DNA of 64,000 bases from Desulfatiglandales bacterium. Lineage in GTDB: Bacteria > Desulfobacterota > DSM-4660 > Desulfatiglandales > HGW-15. Positions 50,933 through 60,518 of the stretch are shown in pieces. How positions within the stretch are numbered: the stretch's first letter is position 1; each line of letters begins with the position of its first letter. The notes under the pieces were generated by a model, which saw nothing but the letters and a program-made list of their open reading frames with translations, did no database searches and was not told where the DNA came from. The stretch lies in the NCBI GenBank assembly GCA_963667015.2, contig CAXXJJ010000004.1:2144001-2208000 (forward strand), in the 5' to 3' direction. A program made the translations under genes and the position numbers.

Positions 50933-51307
50933 TTAAAAGTTACCTTTCCATCTCCCGCATCCTCTTTTACCGAAGCCCTTTCCTCCGCATCCGCCAAATC
51001 CTTTAACTTCAAAATTCCCGCGGGAAAATACCCTGAGGATCTCCATCAGATCATCACTTAGATCTTCAAAATACACATAGTTTCTGAAAGGTTGCTGAAG
51101 CGAGAGATCATATTGCCGCCTTTTTTCCTCATCCCCGAGCACATGATATGCCTCATTGATCTCCTTTAGCTGCTCTTCACAATCTGATTTACCCTTATTT
51201 CGGTCCGGATGATATTTCATTGCCAGGTTACGATAGGCCTTCTTGATCTCTTTATCCGAAGCGTCCTTTTCGACACCAAGAAATTGGTAATAATCTTTGA
51301 CATCCAA
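50933..51307 (-). CDS. DnaJ-domain protein with Gly/Cys-rich tail
   Basis: [23 protein letters not shown]; tail [15 protein letters not shown]. Confidence 0.85.
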   Translation of the reverse strand: MDVKDYYQFLGVEKDASDKEIKKAYRNLAMKYHPDRNKGKSDCEEQLKEINEAYHVLGDEEKRRQYDLSLQQPFRNYVYFEDLSDDLMEILRVFSRGNFEVKGFGGCGGKGFGKRGCGRWKGNF

Positions 51308-51524
51308 TGTTCTCACTCCATATAGCAAATGATTAAAATGAACCTCATTAAGAACCCGATACAGTGGTTTAATCCTTTTAAACTTTTTATTCTCTTATCA
51401 TTGGAGATCATCAAATGTATTGTTCAATTTTGCTTTCTCCTTACTTTACCCTTGACGGCTTTTAAACATCCATTTGATACTGTTCTTTACTTAAAGAGAT
51501 CGAATAACCTGTATAGTTGCATGG

Positions 51525-52373
51525 CTATTTTTCAGCACCTGTAAGTTTTTCAACCGACTGAACGACCTTCTCAAAAGCCTGAGTAAATGGCAAATTTTCA
51601 TTATTATATATAGCCATGGTTCCTGCATCACCGCTTTTTACTACTTCCGGCTCAATGGGGAGGATCCCCAGCAAATTAAGCCCCTCTCTTTCTGCTGTCA
51701 ATTCTCCGCCGTGTTTGTTGAAAAGCTCTATCGTTTTTCCGCACTTAGGGCAGACGAGGCCGCTCATGTTTTCAATTAATCCAAGGATTTCCATCTTGAC
51801 CTGGCGACAGAATCGAATAGACTTTCTGACATCTGCCAGAGAAACTTCCTGAGGAGTTGTCACGATAACAGCCTTTGCATCAGGAACCGTCTGTGCCACG
51901 GTCAGGGGCTCATCACCTGTTCCAGGCGGCGAATCAATAACCATATAGTCAAGATCCATCCACTCGACATCCGATATAAACTGTTTAATTACATTTCCCT
52001 TTAAAGGGCCTCTCCATATTGTTGCGGCGTCTTTGTCTTCCATAAGTACTTCAATTGATACCACCCCCATATTTGGAAGATATTCAACCGGCATCATCTT
52101 TCCTCCCTGCATACCTGCGCGAAGGTCACCCTTTAATCCTAACATTCGGGGTATGCTGGGGCCATGCAGATCCACATCCATAAGACCGACCTTATAACCC
52201 CTTCGAGCAAGACCTACGGCCAGATGTGCTGCTACACTGCTTTTCCCTACCCCTCCTTTTCCACTCATCACGAGAATCTTGTTTTTTATATGATGGAGCC
52301 TCTCATTGATCTCTTGATTCTGCAATTGCATCTGTGCTTTTCTTTCGTTATCTTTTGATTTGTTTTTTTCCAA
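51525..52373 (-). CDS. Mrp/NBP35-family Fe-S cluster carrier ATPase
   Basis: SGKGGVGKS, D.DLHGPSIP, IWRGP, DSPPGTGDE, ENMSGLVCPKC. Confidence 0.95.
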   Translation of the reverse strand: MEKNKSKDNERKAQMQLQNQEINERLHHIKNKILVMSGKGGVGKSSVAAHLAVGLARRGYKVGLMDVDLHGPSIPRMLGLKGDLRAGMQGGKMMPVEYLPNMGVVSIEVLMEDKDAATIWRGPLKGNVIKQFISDVEWMDLDYMVIDSPPGTGDEPLTVAQTVPDAKAVIVTTPQEVSLADVRKSIRFCRQVKMEILGLIENMSGLVCPKCGKTIELFNKHGGELTAEREGLNLLGILPIEPEVVKSGDAGTMAIYNNENLPFTQAFEKVVQSVEKLTGAEK

Positions 52374-52419
52374 TTAATTTTCCTCTCTAATTTTTTTCGG
52401 TTAAATTCTATATCCTTAA

Positions 52420-53379
52420 TTATAAACTGCTGCTTTTTCCAATTGCTTTCATCCTCGTGGCCGCATAATAAACAGTGCTGTTTTTTCGTTCTTCCATGAT
52501 TTCACCGGAACGCATCATACTGCCTATGTATTTTGAGGCCTCATTGATATGGAGGCCAAATCCTTTAGCTATATGATCTATTGTGCAGGGTCGGCGTGCC
52601 AGCATGGAAAAGATAAAATCTTTATTTTCCTTTACTGTAATACCTTTTGAAGCATTGAATTCGGCGATTACTTCGGCCTCGGGATTAAAGAAATGCTGTA
52701 ACGAAGAAAGACGCTCTATTGAAACAGCCTCAGCAAACTCTTCTGCAGGCGGCCGAACCGCCGTGTTAAGATGAATTCGATCCGGCTTGATTTCACGAGC
52801 CAATGTCGCAATTTTTCGGACATCAGAAGGTATGGAATTAATCCCCCATACAAGAAAAACCTCCATCCAGAGTTCACCATGAAATTGCTTTCGAAAATCT
52901 TTATATCCTTCTAAAAGGCGAGAAAACTCCAATTGTTTGTGAGGTCGATTTACCCAATCATAAGAAGACTGATCCCATGCACTCAGGGAGATTTTTACAA
53001 TATTGGCAGATAAAGCCGCGTCCCTCACTTCTTTAAGATATAGCAATGTTCCATTGGTAAGTAGAACTGCAGGGATGTTACTGTTAGACCTGATGTAATC
53101 AAGTATTTTCCCGAAATGTAAATGGAGTGTTGGTTCGCCTGAACCTGAAAGGGTTATAAAATCTGCACTCCCCTCTGCATTTAACCAATCATCAATTTCT
53201 GAGATAACATCATCTGTGGGAACATACTCTTTTCGGGAAACCGTTTTATTTGTCGTTCGCCCCAGCTGACAGAACACACAATCAAGACTGCATGATTTGT
53301 AAGGGGTCAAATCAACTCCCAGAGACCATCCAAACCGGCGGGAAGGCACCGGGCCGAATAGATATTTTCTGTCTTTCAT
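52420..53379 (-). CDS. Radical SAM protein
   Basis: FGPVPSRR.G.SLG, CSLDCVFC, SGSGEPTL. Confidence 0.9.
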   Translation of the reverse strand: MKDRKYLFGPVPSRRFGWSLGVDLTPYKSCSLDCVFCQLGRTTNKTVSRKEYVPTDDVISEIDDWLNAEGSADFITLSGSGEPTLHLHFGKILDYIRSNSNIPAVLLTNGTLLYLKEVRDAALSANIVKISLSAWDQSSYDWVNRPHKQLEFSRLLEGYKDFRKQFHGELWMEVFLVWGINSIPSDVRKIATLAREIKPDRIHLNTAVRPPAEEFAEAVSIERLSSLQHFFNPEAEVIAEFNASKGITVKENKDFIFSMLARRPCTIDHIAKGFGLHINEASKYIGSMMRSGEIMEERKNSTVYYAATRMKAIGKSSSL

Positions 53380-53393
53380 AATATAACCTCTAA

Positions 53394-53750
53394 TTAAAAT
53401 AATGTGCCATTGGCTGATTCACATCCGGGCATTCGATACTCTGTTTTGTAAATATTCCCACTAATATATGCATCAAGGACATCATTAACATCTCCGGCAA
53501 TAAACGGTATTATTTTAATTCCGCGTGCCTCAATAAGGTTTGCATAAAATGCCGATATTCCACCACATACAAGAATATTAGCACCCAACTCATTGAGCAT
53601 TCCTATTCTGAGATACGGGGATTCGCATTTAATAGTCTCCAGACGCTGCTCACATATCCTGCCTTTTTCAATATCTGCTATTAGGAGCATACATGCGGCA
53701 TCAAACAGTGGGGAGATGCGATTTTCCCAAATGGTCAAAGCCACTTTCAT
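53394..53750 (-). CDS. NifB/NifX-family (orange-protein-like) cluster-binding protein
   Basis: MKVAL....RISPLFD.A, LVCGGIS. Confidence 0.82.
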   Translation of the reverse strand: MKVALTIWENRISPLFDAACMLLIADIEKGRICEQRLETIKCESPYLRIGMLNELGANILVCGGISAFYANLIEARGIKIIPFIAGDVNDVLDAYISGNIYKTEYRMPGCESANGTLF

Positions 53751-53782
53751 TAGATATACCCTTATTTTTTACAAACAATAAA

Positions 53783-53799
53783 AGCAAATCACATGCCTA
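53783..53799 (-). promoter_or_regulatory. sigma54 promoter of the orp-like operon
   Basis: TAGGCATGTGATTTGCT = GG-N10-GC. Confidence 0.75.
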
Positions 53800-53893
53800 A
53801 AGTTATATTAATCAGGGTTTTTTTATTAACAGCGTATTTTCAGGCAGTTAGAAATTAATAGATTAAAAGGAAAGTAGATTAAGGAGATATTTC

Positions 53894-53941
53894 ATCGCAT
53901 TATTGCGACTAAAACTTGCATTATAGTCTCATTTTTGCGAC
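53894..53941. promoter_or_regulatory. Paired activator sites (G/T)CA-N4-TGCGA
   Basis: ATCGCATTATTGCGAC and GTCTCATTTTTGCGAC, 32 bp apart. Confidence 0.65.
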
Positions 53942-53965
53942 TTTTTTTTATTAGTATTTCATAAC

Positions 53966-55345
53966 TCATCCAGTCAACCCGGAAAGATTTATACCAAGTT
54001 TTTTAATCTTTCGGTAAAAAGTACTTTTATGTATTCCCAGCTCTCTGGCCGCAGCTATCCTGTTGTATTTGTTTCGTTTGAGTGCATCTAAAATCACCTG
54101 CTTTTCGATAAATCGCACGGTCTTATTCATGTCAACTTCAACAATCTGCGTGGATGTATTAAATGTAAAATGCTCAGGCAGACATTTCACATCAATCTGT
54201 TCATCACTGGTAAGTACAAAGGCGTGCTCTATAATATTTTCAAGCTCTCTTATGTTACCCGGATACTCATGAAACATCAAAAGAGAGAGAGCTTCCTGGC
54301 TGATTCCCCTGACTGATTTTCCTCGTAACCTGTTAAACATTCCGATAAAATGTTTTACCAGCATAGGTATATCTTCCTTTCGATTGCGAAGGGGAGGAAG
54401 TTCCAGGCATACAACGTTAACCCTGTAAAAAAGGTCCCGCCTGAAAGTTCCGTTTTTAACAAGCTTGTTAAGATCCTTATTTGTAGCGGTGATAATTCTA
54501 ACATTAGCCTTCATTGGTTTTATTGCGCCAAGGGGTTGATAGGTCTTTTCCTGAAGTACACGCAGGAGACGAACCTGAAATGCTTCGCTAAGGTCCCCTA
54601 TTTCATCCAGTAGGATAGTACCCCCCTCCGCAACAGCAAAACTTCCTAGTTTGTTTTTTGTTGCAGTGGTAAAAGCCCCGGCCTTATACCCGAAAAGCTC
54701 GGATTCAAGTAAGGTATCGGGTAATGCTCCACAGTTAATTGCAACAAAAGGCTTATCCTTTCTGGGACTTAAGTTATGTATTGCCCTTGCCATCAGTTCC
54801 TTGCCTGTTCCCGTTTCGCCCTGAATCAGTACAGTACTATCGCTCTCTGCCACCTGTGGTAATATCCTGAATATCTTATCCATTAAAGGGCTCCGACTAA
54901 CCATGTCCCCTACCTGGTAGCGTCCTTCCAATTCTTTTTTAAGCTCCTCGACCTGGCTGATATCACGAAATGTCTCTACTCCGCCAAGCACTTCGCCTTT
55001 ATCATCTTTGAGCAATGAGGTACAAACGACCACAGGAATTCTACGTTTTTGACTATCCACAATATATGTCGAAGTATCGACAAAGGCCTTGCCCATTTTC
55101 ATGGTTCGACTCAGTGCACAATCAGTCTCACACATGTTAGATCGAAAAACTTCCCAGCAGTGCTTCTTTAATGCCTTTTCCCTGGGAATGCCCGTTATTT
55201 TTTCGGCAGCGCCATTAAAAGACGTGACACGCCATTCATGATCTACTGTGAACACTCCATCCGATATACTTTCGAGTATGATCTCCGTAACATGGCTTGG
55301 AATCTGATAATGATGATATTTTTCAGAAAAATGCTTTTCAGTCAT
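53966..55345 (-). CDS. PAS-domain sigma54-dependent activator, OrpR-like
   Basis: PAS with C-x8-C-x3-C, GETGTGKE, variant GAFTTA loop, HTH; next to orp-like genes. Confidence 0.93.
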   Translation of the reverse strand: MTEKHFSEKYHHYQIPSHVTEIILESISDGVFTVDHEWRVTSFNGAAEKITGIPREKALKKHCWEVFRSNMCETDCALSRTMKMGKAFVDTSTYIVDSQKRRIPVVVCTSLLKDDKGEVLGGVETFRDISQVEELKKELEGRYQVGDMVSRSPLMDKIFRILPQVAESDSTVLIQGETGTGKELMARAIHNLSPRKDKPFVAINCGALPDTLLESELFGYKAGAFTTATKNKLGSFAVAEGGTILLDEIGDLSEAFQVRLLRVLQEKTYQPLGAIKPMKANVRIITATNKDLNKLVKNGTFRRDLFYRVNVVCLELPPLRNRKEDIPMLVKHFIGMFNRLRGKSVRGISQEALSLLMFHEYPGNIRELENIIEHAFVLTSDEQIDVKCLPEHFTFNTSTQIVEVDMNKTVRFIEKQVILDALKRNKYNRIAAARELGIHKSTFYRKIKKLGINLSGLTG

Positions 55346-55504
55346 GGAATATAAGTTTCCTTTGCCGGCTGACGATAACAGCGTGTATCAGTTATTATAT
55401 TACTTAATAGTCACTGGGTATGCAATTTATAACCCGTCCCGATTGCATAAACCTCAAAAAAAACCAATATCAATGTTTTGGTTAAAATTATAATCCAGAT
55501 ATCT

Positions 55505-55576
55505 TATGAGCATATGCCCATATTATTTACTTGACAACATATATTTTAAGATTACATTATGAGCATAAACCCATAA
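55505..55576 (+). promoter_or_regulatory. sigma70-like promoter flanked by two palindromic operators
   Basis: TTATGAGCATATGCCCATA (55505) and TTATGAGCATAAACCCATA (55557) around TTGACA (55531). Confidence 0.65.
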
Positions 55577-55587
55577 CTGAGGAAGAA

Positions 55588-55926
55588 ATGCCAAGGCCAA
55601 GGAAACCGCGTTTTGTTCAGGGACATCCCATTGTAACATCATTTATTCCGGACAGTACACCACCCTGGGGTAAAGGAATGAATATCCTCTCATTAGAGGG
55701 GCTGGAAGCTATCAAGCTAAATGATTATCAGGGGATGGACCAGGAGACAGCATCCAAAATGATGAATGTCTCCCGACAGACCTTTGGAAGGATTCTGGCC
55801 GAGGCAAGGGCTATTATAGCTGATGCACTCGTTATGGGAAAAACGCTAAGAATCGAAGGCGGCGATTTTGATATGCCGCCGAGAGGTCGGGGGCGCCATC
55901 GACGTGGTCAGGGCGGAAGGTTTTAA
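55588..55926 (+). CDS. DUF134-family HTH protein
   Basis: MPRPRKPR, EAIKL.DY.GMDQE.A...M.VSRQTFGRIL. Confidence 0.88.
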   Translation: MPRPRKPRFVQGHPIVTSFIPDSTPPWGKGMNILSLEGLEAIKLNDYQGMDQETASKMMNVSRQTFGRILAEARAIIADALVMGKTLRIEGGDFDMPPRGRGRHRRGQGGRF

Positions 55927-55953
55927 ATTTTATTATGGAAGGAGGTGTATCTT

Positions 55954-56322
55954 ATGCCTGGATTTGATGGAACGGGACCACAGGGCGCTGGCCCTATGAC
56001 AGGTGGTGCAAGAGGATACTGCAACCCTGGCTACAGTCGAAATTATTTAGCATATGGCCGTGGTTATGGAACAGGAAGAGGTTTTCGAGGCGGATTTGGC
56101 GGTGGCTCAGGATGGGGCAGTGGATATGGTAGAGGTTTTGGCTGGAGAGGTGCTTACCAGCCTTATGGTGCATGGTATGGACCTGATCGCTATGCAGCCC
56201 CATACACTATTAAACCTGAAGATGAACTGAATATGTTAAAAAATGAAGCCACTGCGATAAAAAATGATTTGGATGAGATAAACAGAAGGATCGAAGAGAT
56301 TGAATCACAGCATCACGAATAA
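55954..56322 (+). CDS. DUF5320-family Gly-rich protein
   Basis: MPGFDGTGPQGAGPMTGGARGYC, Gly/Arg repeats, C-terminal coiled coil. Confidence 0.85.
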   Translation: MPGFDGTGPQGAGPMTGGARGYCNPGYSRNYLAYGRGYGTGRGFRGGFGGGSGWGSGYGRGFGWRGAYQPYGAWYGPDRYAAPYTIKPEDELNMLKNEATAIKNDLDEINRRIEEIESQHHE

Positions 56323-56358
56323 ACACACATTCCAATATTATTCCCGGGGCCTGAAAAA

Positions 56359-56754
56359 TCATGAATAATTTGAATTCATGACAGACCCCGTGGATACTAA
56401 ACCAACAGGGCAGCCCTGATGCCCACAAAAGGGACAAACTGCAAACATGAAAGTCGCCACATCAGCAATGGTTTTCCCGCCAAGTATCAGGGCGCTGACG
56501 GCATTTATTTCTTTTGCGGGTGCTTTAGCATCACTGATAATCTGTCCTCCGATCAACTTCCGGATATCCCTGTCAAAGACAAGTTTAAGGGTCCATGGTT
56601 TATAACCCGGAATCATACCGTGTTTGCTCCTGGAATCGACTGTAGCGGAAACAGTCTGGCAACCTTCTTTATGGGCTTGATCTTCGGTAAAGCCGGTTGC
56701 CGCTACTGTCTTTTCAAAAATATGGCAACCGCCGGAGTTAAGTATAAACCTCAT
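56359..56754 (-). pseudogene. C-terminal fragment of NADH oxidase-family flavoprotein
   Basis: AATGFTE...LKLVFD...LIGGQIIS dimerisation-domain pattern only; FAD/NADH domains missing. Confidence 0.65.
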
Positions 56755-56785
56755 ATACTATCCCGGTTTTTAGATAACAGGATAA

Positions 56786-57112
56786 TGGAACCCTTCCATT
56801 GAACGGATAACAGGTTATACTTCAGAAAAAGCCATTGAACATGCCTTTGTTGTATGCTCCGGGAATTATATTGATATTTTTGATCTTCCAGTTGAAATAC
56901 GTAAGATGAATTATCCGCTAAATTTAGCGGATAACACACTTTCAGCCAGAGTAAAACCATTTCAAAAGGAAAAACTTACCTCTGAAGAGTTAATAAAGAT
57001 TCTGAACGACTGCAACTGGAACAAGGCAGAGGCAGGCAGGCGGATAAGCCTTAGCAGAACAGCAATATGGAAGTATATGAAAAAGTGGGATATCCCGTTA
57101 AAACCTGTATAA
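56786..57112 (+). pseudogene. Internally deleted paralog of the 43746-45158 activator
   Basis: [17 protein letters not shown] (PAS) joined in frame to EHAFVVCS...WNKAEAGRR (HTH). Confidence 0.8.
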
Positions 57113-57123
57113 TATTCAATCAG

Positions 57124-57804
57124 TTATGATGAAATATTTAAAAATGCACGACTCTTTTTTTCATCTTTTTTATCTGAAAACAGTTTTATATAAAGAGCAA
57201 CCGAACTGCGGACAGCATTTACAGCATCTTCAAAGGCAGCTGAAGCGTCGTTACCACCCTCTTCATGGCTTTTTTGAATCCATGGGATTATATCCTCTAT
57301 TTCCTGAAAATCGGCATCATCAAGTTTAGCTGTCAGCCCTGCCAGGGTTTCATGATCTTCAATGGTTTTACCTGTACCAGTTAATTTTGCCTTCACTATT
57401 TGACAGGCAAACCGTAACGATGCCTGGCATGAAGACAGATAGTCCGGCTTATCTGAAAAGATGCAGGAAACAGCAGTGTCATAGTCACACTTTGCTAGTG
57501 ATATCGAATTGTCAGGATGATTCTTTATTAAATTAAGAGCCTTCTGGCCGCGTAGATAATCCTTCAAAAGCAGGATCTGTTCTCTTGTATCCAGGCTCGA
57601 TGCAGTTTCAGAGGTTATACCCTTTACATGCCACAGGATATTTATTTCAGGTATTTTTTTCCCGTTTACCGTGTACCATCTTTCTTTTATTTTGAGATCA
57701 CTATCGATCGTCTTGTTTACCAGCCCCTGATCTTCTTTTAAAATTACCTCGTATGGCTCCTCTTTGATAATCAAAATAAAACTGTCCGGATTTTCCTGAT
57801 CCAT
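57124..57804 (-). CDS. Hypothetical protein
   Basis: 226-aa ORF with AAGGAG RBS; no motif recognised. Confidence 0.7.
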   Translation of the reverse strand: MDQENPDSFILIIKEEPYEVILKEDQGLVNKTIDSDLKIKERWYTVNGKKIPEINILWHVKGITSETASSLDTREQILLLKDYLRGQKALNLIKNHPDNSISLAKCDYDTAVSCIFSDKPDYLSSCQASLRFACQIVKAKLTGTGKTIEDHETLAGLTAKLDDADFQEIEDIIPWIQKSHEEGGNDASAAFEDAVNAVRSSVALYIKLFSDKKDEKKSRAFLNISS

Positions 57805-57863
57805 TAATGCGACTCCTTATTATTCAAAATTTGTCGGACAGGTTATCCTATTCTTACAAAAAT

Positions 57864-59075
57864 TTAAAGAGAAGTAATGGCATCGGCCCAGGTTAAGGCC
57901 TCAAGGAAACAACCCGGAAGTTTTCCATCTACAACCTTAATGGTATTTGTTATTTCTAAATAGCCTTCCCAGTCGCCTCTTTCATAGCATTTTACGATAT
58001 CAAGATATGGCTTCAGGTTACCGTCTCCATTGATCAGGGCGGTCTTGATAGGTTCGGCGAGAGGTAATTTAGCCATAATATTTTCCATTGAATCATCCAA
58101 AAGTGCATCAATAGAGGAAAATAATCCGAGGGTAAAAAGCTCCGAAGAATTCGGGCGGGCAATAATATGGTTTGACATTAATTCACCAAACTTGGCTCTA
58201 ATAACAGAACTGCGTATTAATTCATCGGGCTTACCCTGGGACAGATTCGTCATTGCTATAAGTGAAAGGAAACTTTTTATTCCTTTTTCGCCAAGCAGAA
58301 CAATTGCCTGTTTTATGGATGATATTTCATTCATCCTTCTATAGTAGGCCGAGTTGATATACCTGAGTAATTTATAGGAAATAGAGACATCCCTTGTGAT
58401 GATTTCTTCGACTTTTGAAAATTTAAAGTCTCGCCGGTTTACCTCTGACATTATTTCAAGCATGTTAATCTGCGCCGGAGAAATATCCTTTCCGCCAACA
58501 ATTTCTGGCTTACTGAAAAAATAACCTTGGAAATACTCAAATCCCATCTTCAATGCAAACTCAAATTCCTCATTTGTTTCAACCTTCTCAGCAAGGAGTT
58601 TCTTGTTATATTTTCTTAATTTTTCTGCAAGCCTGATCATTTTTTCAGGAGGCATGGCGCGAAAGTCGAATTTTATTATATCTGAAACTGCGATAAGAGG
58701 CTCCATCCCCTTTCGGTAAAAAAAGTCATCCAGCGCTATTGTGTAGCCCAGTTTTGAAAGCTCTCTGCAGGCCTTTATTACATCTTCATCAGGATCAACA
58801 TCTTCCAGTACTTCGATAACCAGTTGTTCCTTCGGAAAAAGCCTGGGGAATTGCCCCACAAGGAGATCTCTCGTAAAATTGATAAACGCCACACCCCTTC
58901 CAATAAGACTTTCAATACCGATATTTAAAAAACTGCTTGATAAAACACCTGAAGTTGCACTATTTCCATCGACTCCTGAAAACACATTTTCCATGCTGTC
59001 TCTGAACAGGAGCTCATAACCAAATATCTTTTTTTCCTGATTGAAGATTGGTTGTCTGGCTACAAATATATCCAT
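57864..59075 (-). CDS. EAL/HDOD-domain signalling protein
   Basis: FVARQPI, GYELLFR, IALDDF, LLAEKVE, FQGYFFSKP, then HDOD (LLRYINS, FTLGLFS). Confidence 0.92.
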   Translation of the reverse strand: MDIFVARQPIFNQEKKIFGYELLFRDSMENVFSGVDGNSATSGVLSSSFLNIGIESLIGRGVAFINFTRDLLVGQFPRLFPKEQLVIEVLEDVDPDEDVIKACRELSKLGYTIALDDFFYRKGMEPLIAVSDIIKFDFRAMPPEKMIRLAEKLRKYNKKLLAEKVETNEEFEFALKMGFEYFQGYFFSKPEIVGGKDISPAQINMLEIMSEVNRRDFKFSKVEEIITRDVSISYKLLRYINSAYYRRMNEISSIKQAIVLLGEKGIKSFLSLIAMTNLSQGKPDELIRSSVIRAKFGELMSNHIIARPNSSELFTLGLFSSIDALLDDSMENIMAKLPLAEPIKTALINGDGNLKPYLDIVKCYERGDWEGYLEITNTIKVVDGKLPGCFLEALTWADAITSL

Positions 59076-59368
59076 TGTTTTCTCTTTACAGTTATTGAAT
59101 TTAATCTAAAATGCAAAAAACATACCCTGTTTATTAAAAATACAAATTATTTACAAAATATTAACAGAGTACTTGCGGAAAACTATATCTCATTGATATA
59201 AATAAGATTTATTTTAAAGAGCAAATCGCAGATTTTTTATATCTTTGATTTAAGTAATCAATACGGGCACCCTGACGCAATTAAATGACATAATACGTCA
59301 TATTTTTATTGATTGTGAATTTAATATCAGTAAATTCCTTTAACATAATTAAAAAAGAAACAGCAGAC

Positions 59369-60385
59369 ATGAAACATTTAACAGCAAAAGAAAACTTTGT
59401 AAATTCCTTTTTAAAGGAATCCGGGCTGCCGGATAGTAACTATACATTATCCATGCTCGCAGGCGACGGGTCTGCAAGGATATTTCAGAGACTCGAACAA
59501 AAGGATTCAGGGAAGACATATGTCTTAATGGAGAATCCCCCTCAGGATGAATTTCTCAAAAAAGAAAATCTGGCATACCTGAAGATAGGAGAACACATGC
59601 TTTCCAAAGGGATCCCGCTACCCAGAATACTTAAATACGATTTGGATGCAGGTTATTTTATCATTGAAGACATGGGAGACAGAACTCTCCAGGATGAGGC
59701 ATTGAGCAGTAAAGAAAAGATCAGGATATATGAGAATATTATTGAAATCCTGCTCAGGCTCCAGGTAGTCGGGAGAGAAGATTTTGATACTTCATGGTGC
59801 TGCCAGACACCCTTTTATGATTCATCATTAATGCGGGAAAAGGAGGCTTGGTATTTCAGGGACAGCTTTTTAAGAGATTATACCGGGATTGAGACCGATT
59901 TTTCGGAACTTGACGAATCCTTTGAATATATCATTTCCATGGCAAAAAAGGCGGACACAGGATTCCTTCTCCACAGGGATTTTCAGTCGCGTAATATAAT
60001 GTGCAGGAGTGAAGGCATTGCAATCCTGGACTGGCAGGGTGCAAGACTGGGGCCGCTGGCCTATGACCTTGCCTCGCTGATTTTTGATCCCTATGTAGAC
60101 CTCTCGCATAGTGAAAGGAATCATTTGATAGAGGTGTATGCATCATTACTAAAGGCTAAAGCCCCCGGGGCTTATGATTCCTTTAAAAAGTATTTTTTAT
60201 ATATAGCGGTTATGAGAATTATGCAGGCCCTCGGGGCATATTCCTTTCTTTCCATAAAAAAAGGGAAGACATATTTTGAAAAATATATTCCTATTGCATT
60301 AAAGTCATTGATAGCATTACTTGATGAATTAGCGGACGGCAAGATCTCGCTACTTCTGGATATTGTTAAAGGTATTGAGAAGTAA
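59369..60385 (+). CDS. Aminoglycoside-phosphotransferase-family kinase (AmgK-like)
   Basis: LAGDGSAR, EDMGD, HRDFQSRNIM, LDWQGARLGP.AYDLASL. Confidence 0.85.
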   Translation: MKHLTAKENFVNSFLKESGLPDSNYTLSMLAGDGSARIFQRLEQKDSGKTYVLMENPPQDEFLKKENLAYLKIGEHMLSKGIPLPRILKYDLDAGYFIIEDMGDRTLQDEALSSKEKIRIYENIIEILLRLQVVGREDFDTSWCCQTPFYDSSLMREKEAWYFRDSFLRDYTGIETDFSELDESFEYIISMAKKADTGFLLHRDFQSRNIMCRSEGIAILDWQGARLGPLAYDLASLIFDPYVDLSHSERNHLIEVYASLLKAKAPGAYDSFKKYFLYIAVMRIMQALGAYSFLSIKKGKTYFEKYIPIALKSLIALLDELADGKISLLLDIVKGIEK

Positions 60386-60518
60386 AGCAGGATGTTTTAG
60401 TAGTACTAGCCTTAAAAAACGTACCCGTTAGGCAGGCATGTAATGAATTTTTAAAGGTTGTTTTAATTGGTGCGCAATATCTTGATCATGTGTCCTTGTT
60501 TAAGCTTTTGAGAGGTGC

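Noticed and set aside
51330..51520. RBS followed by a 9-codon ORF between mrp and dnaJ, possibly another gene remnant
   Set aside because: Too short to assign homology by eye
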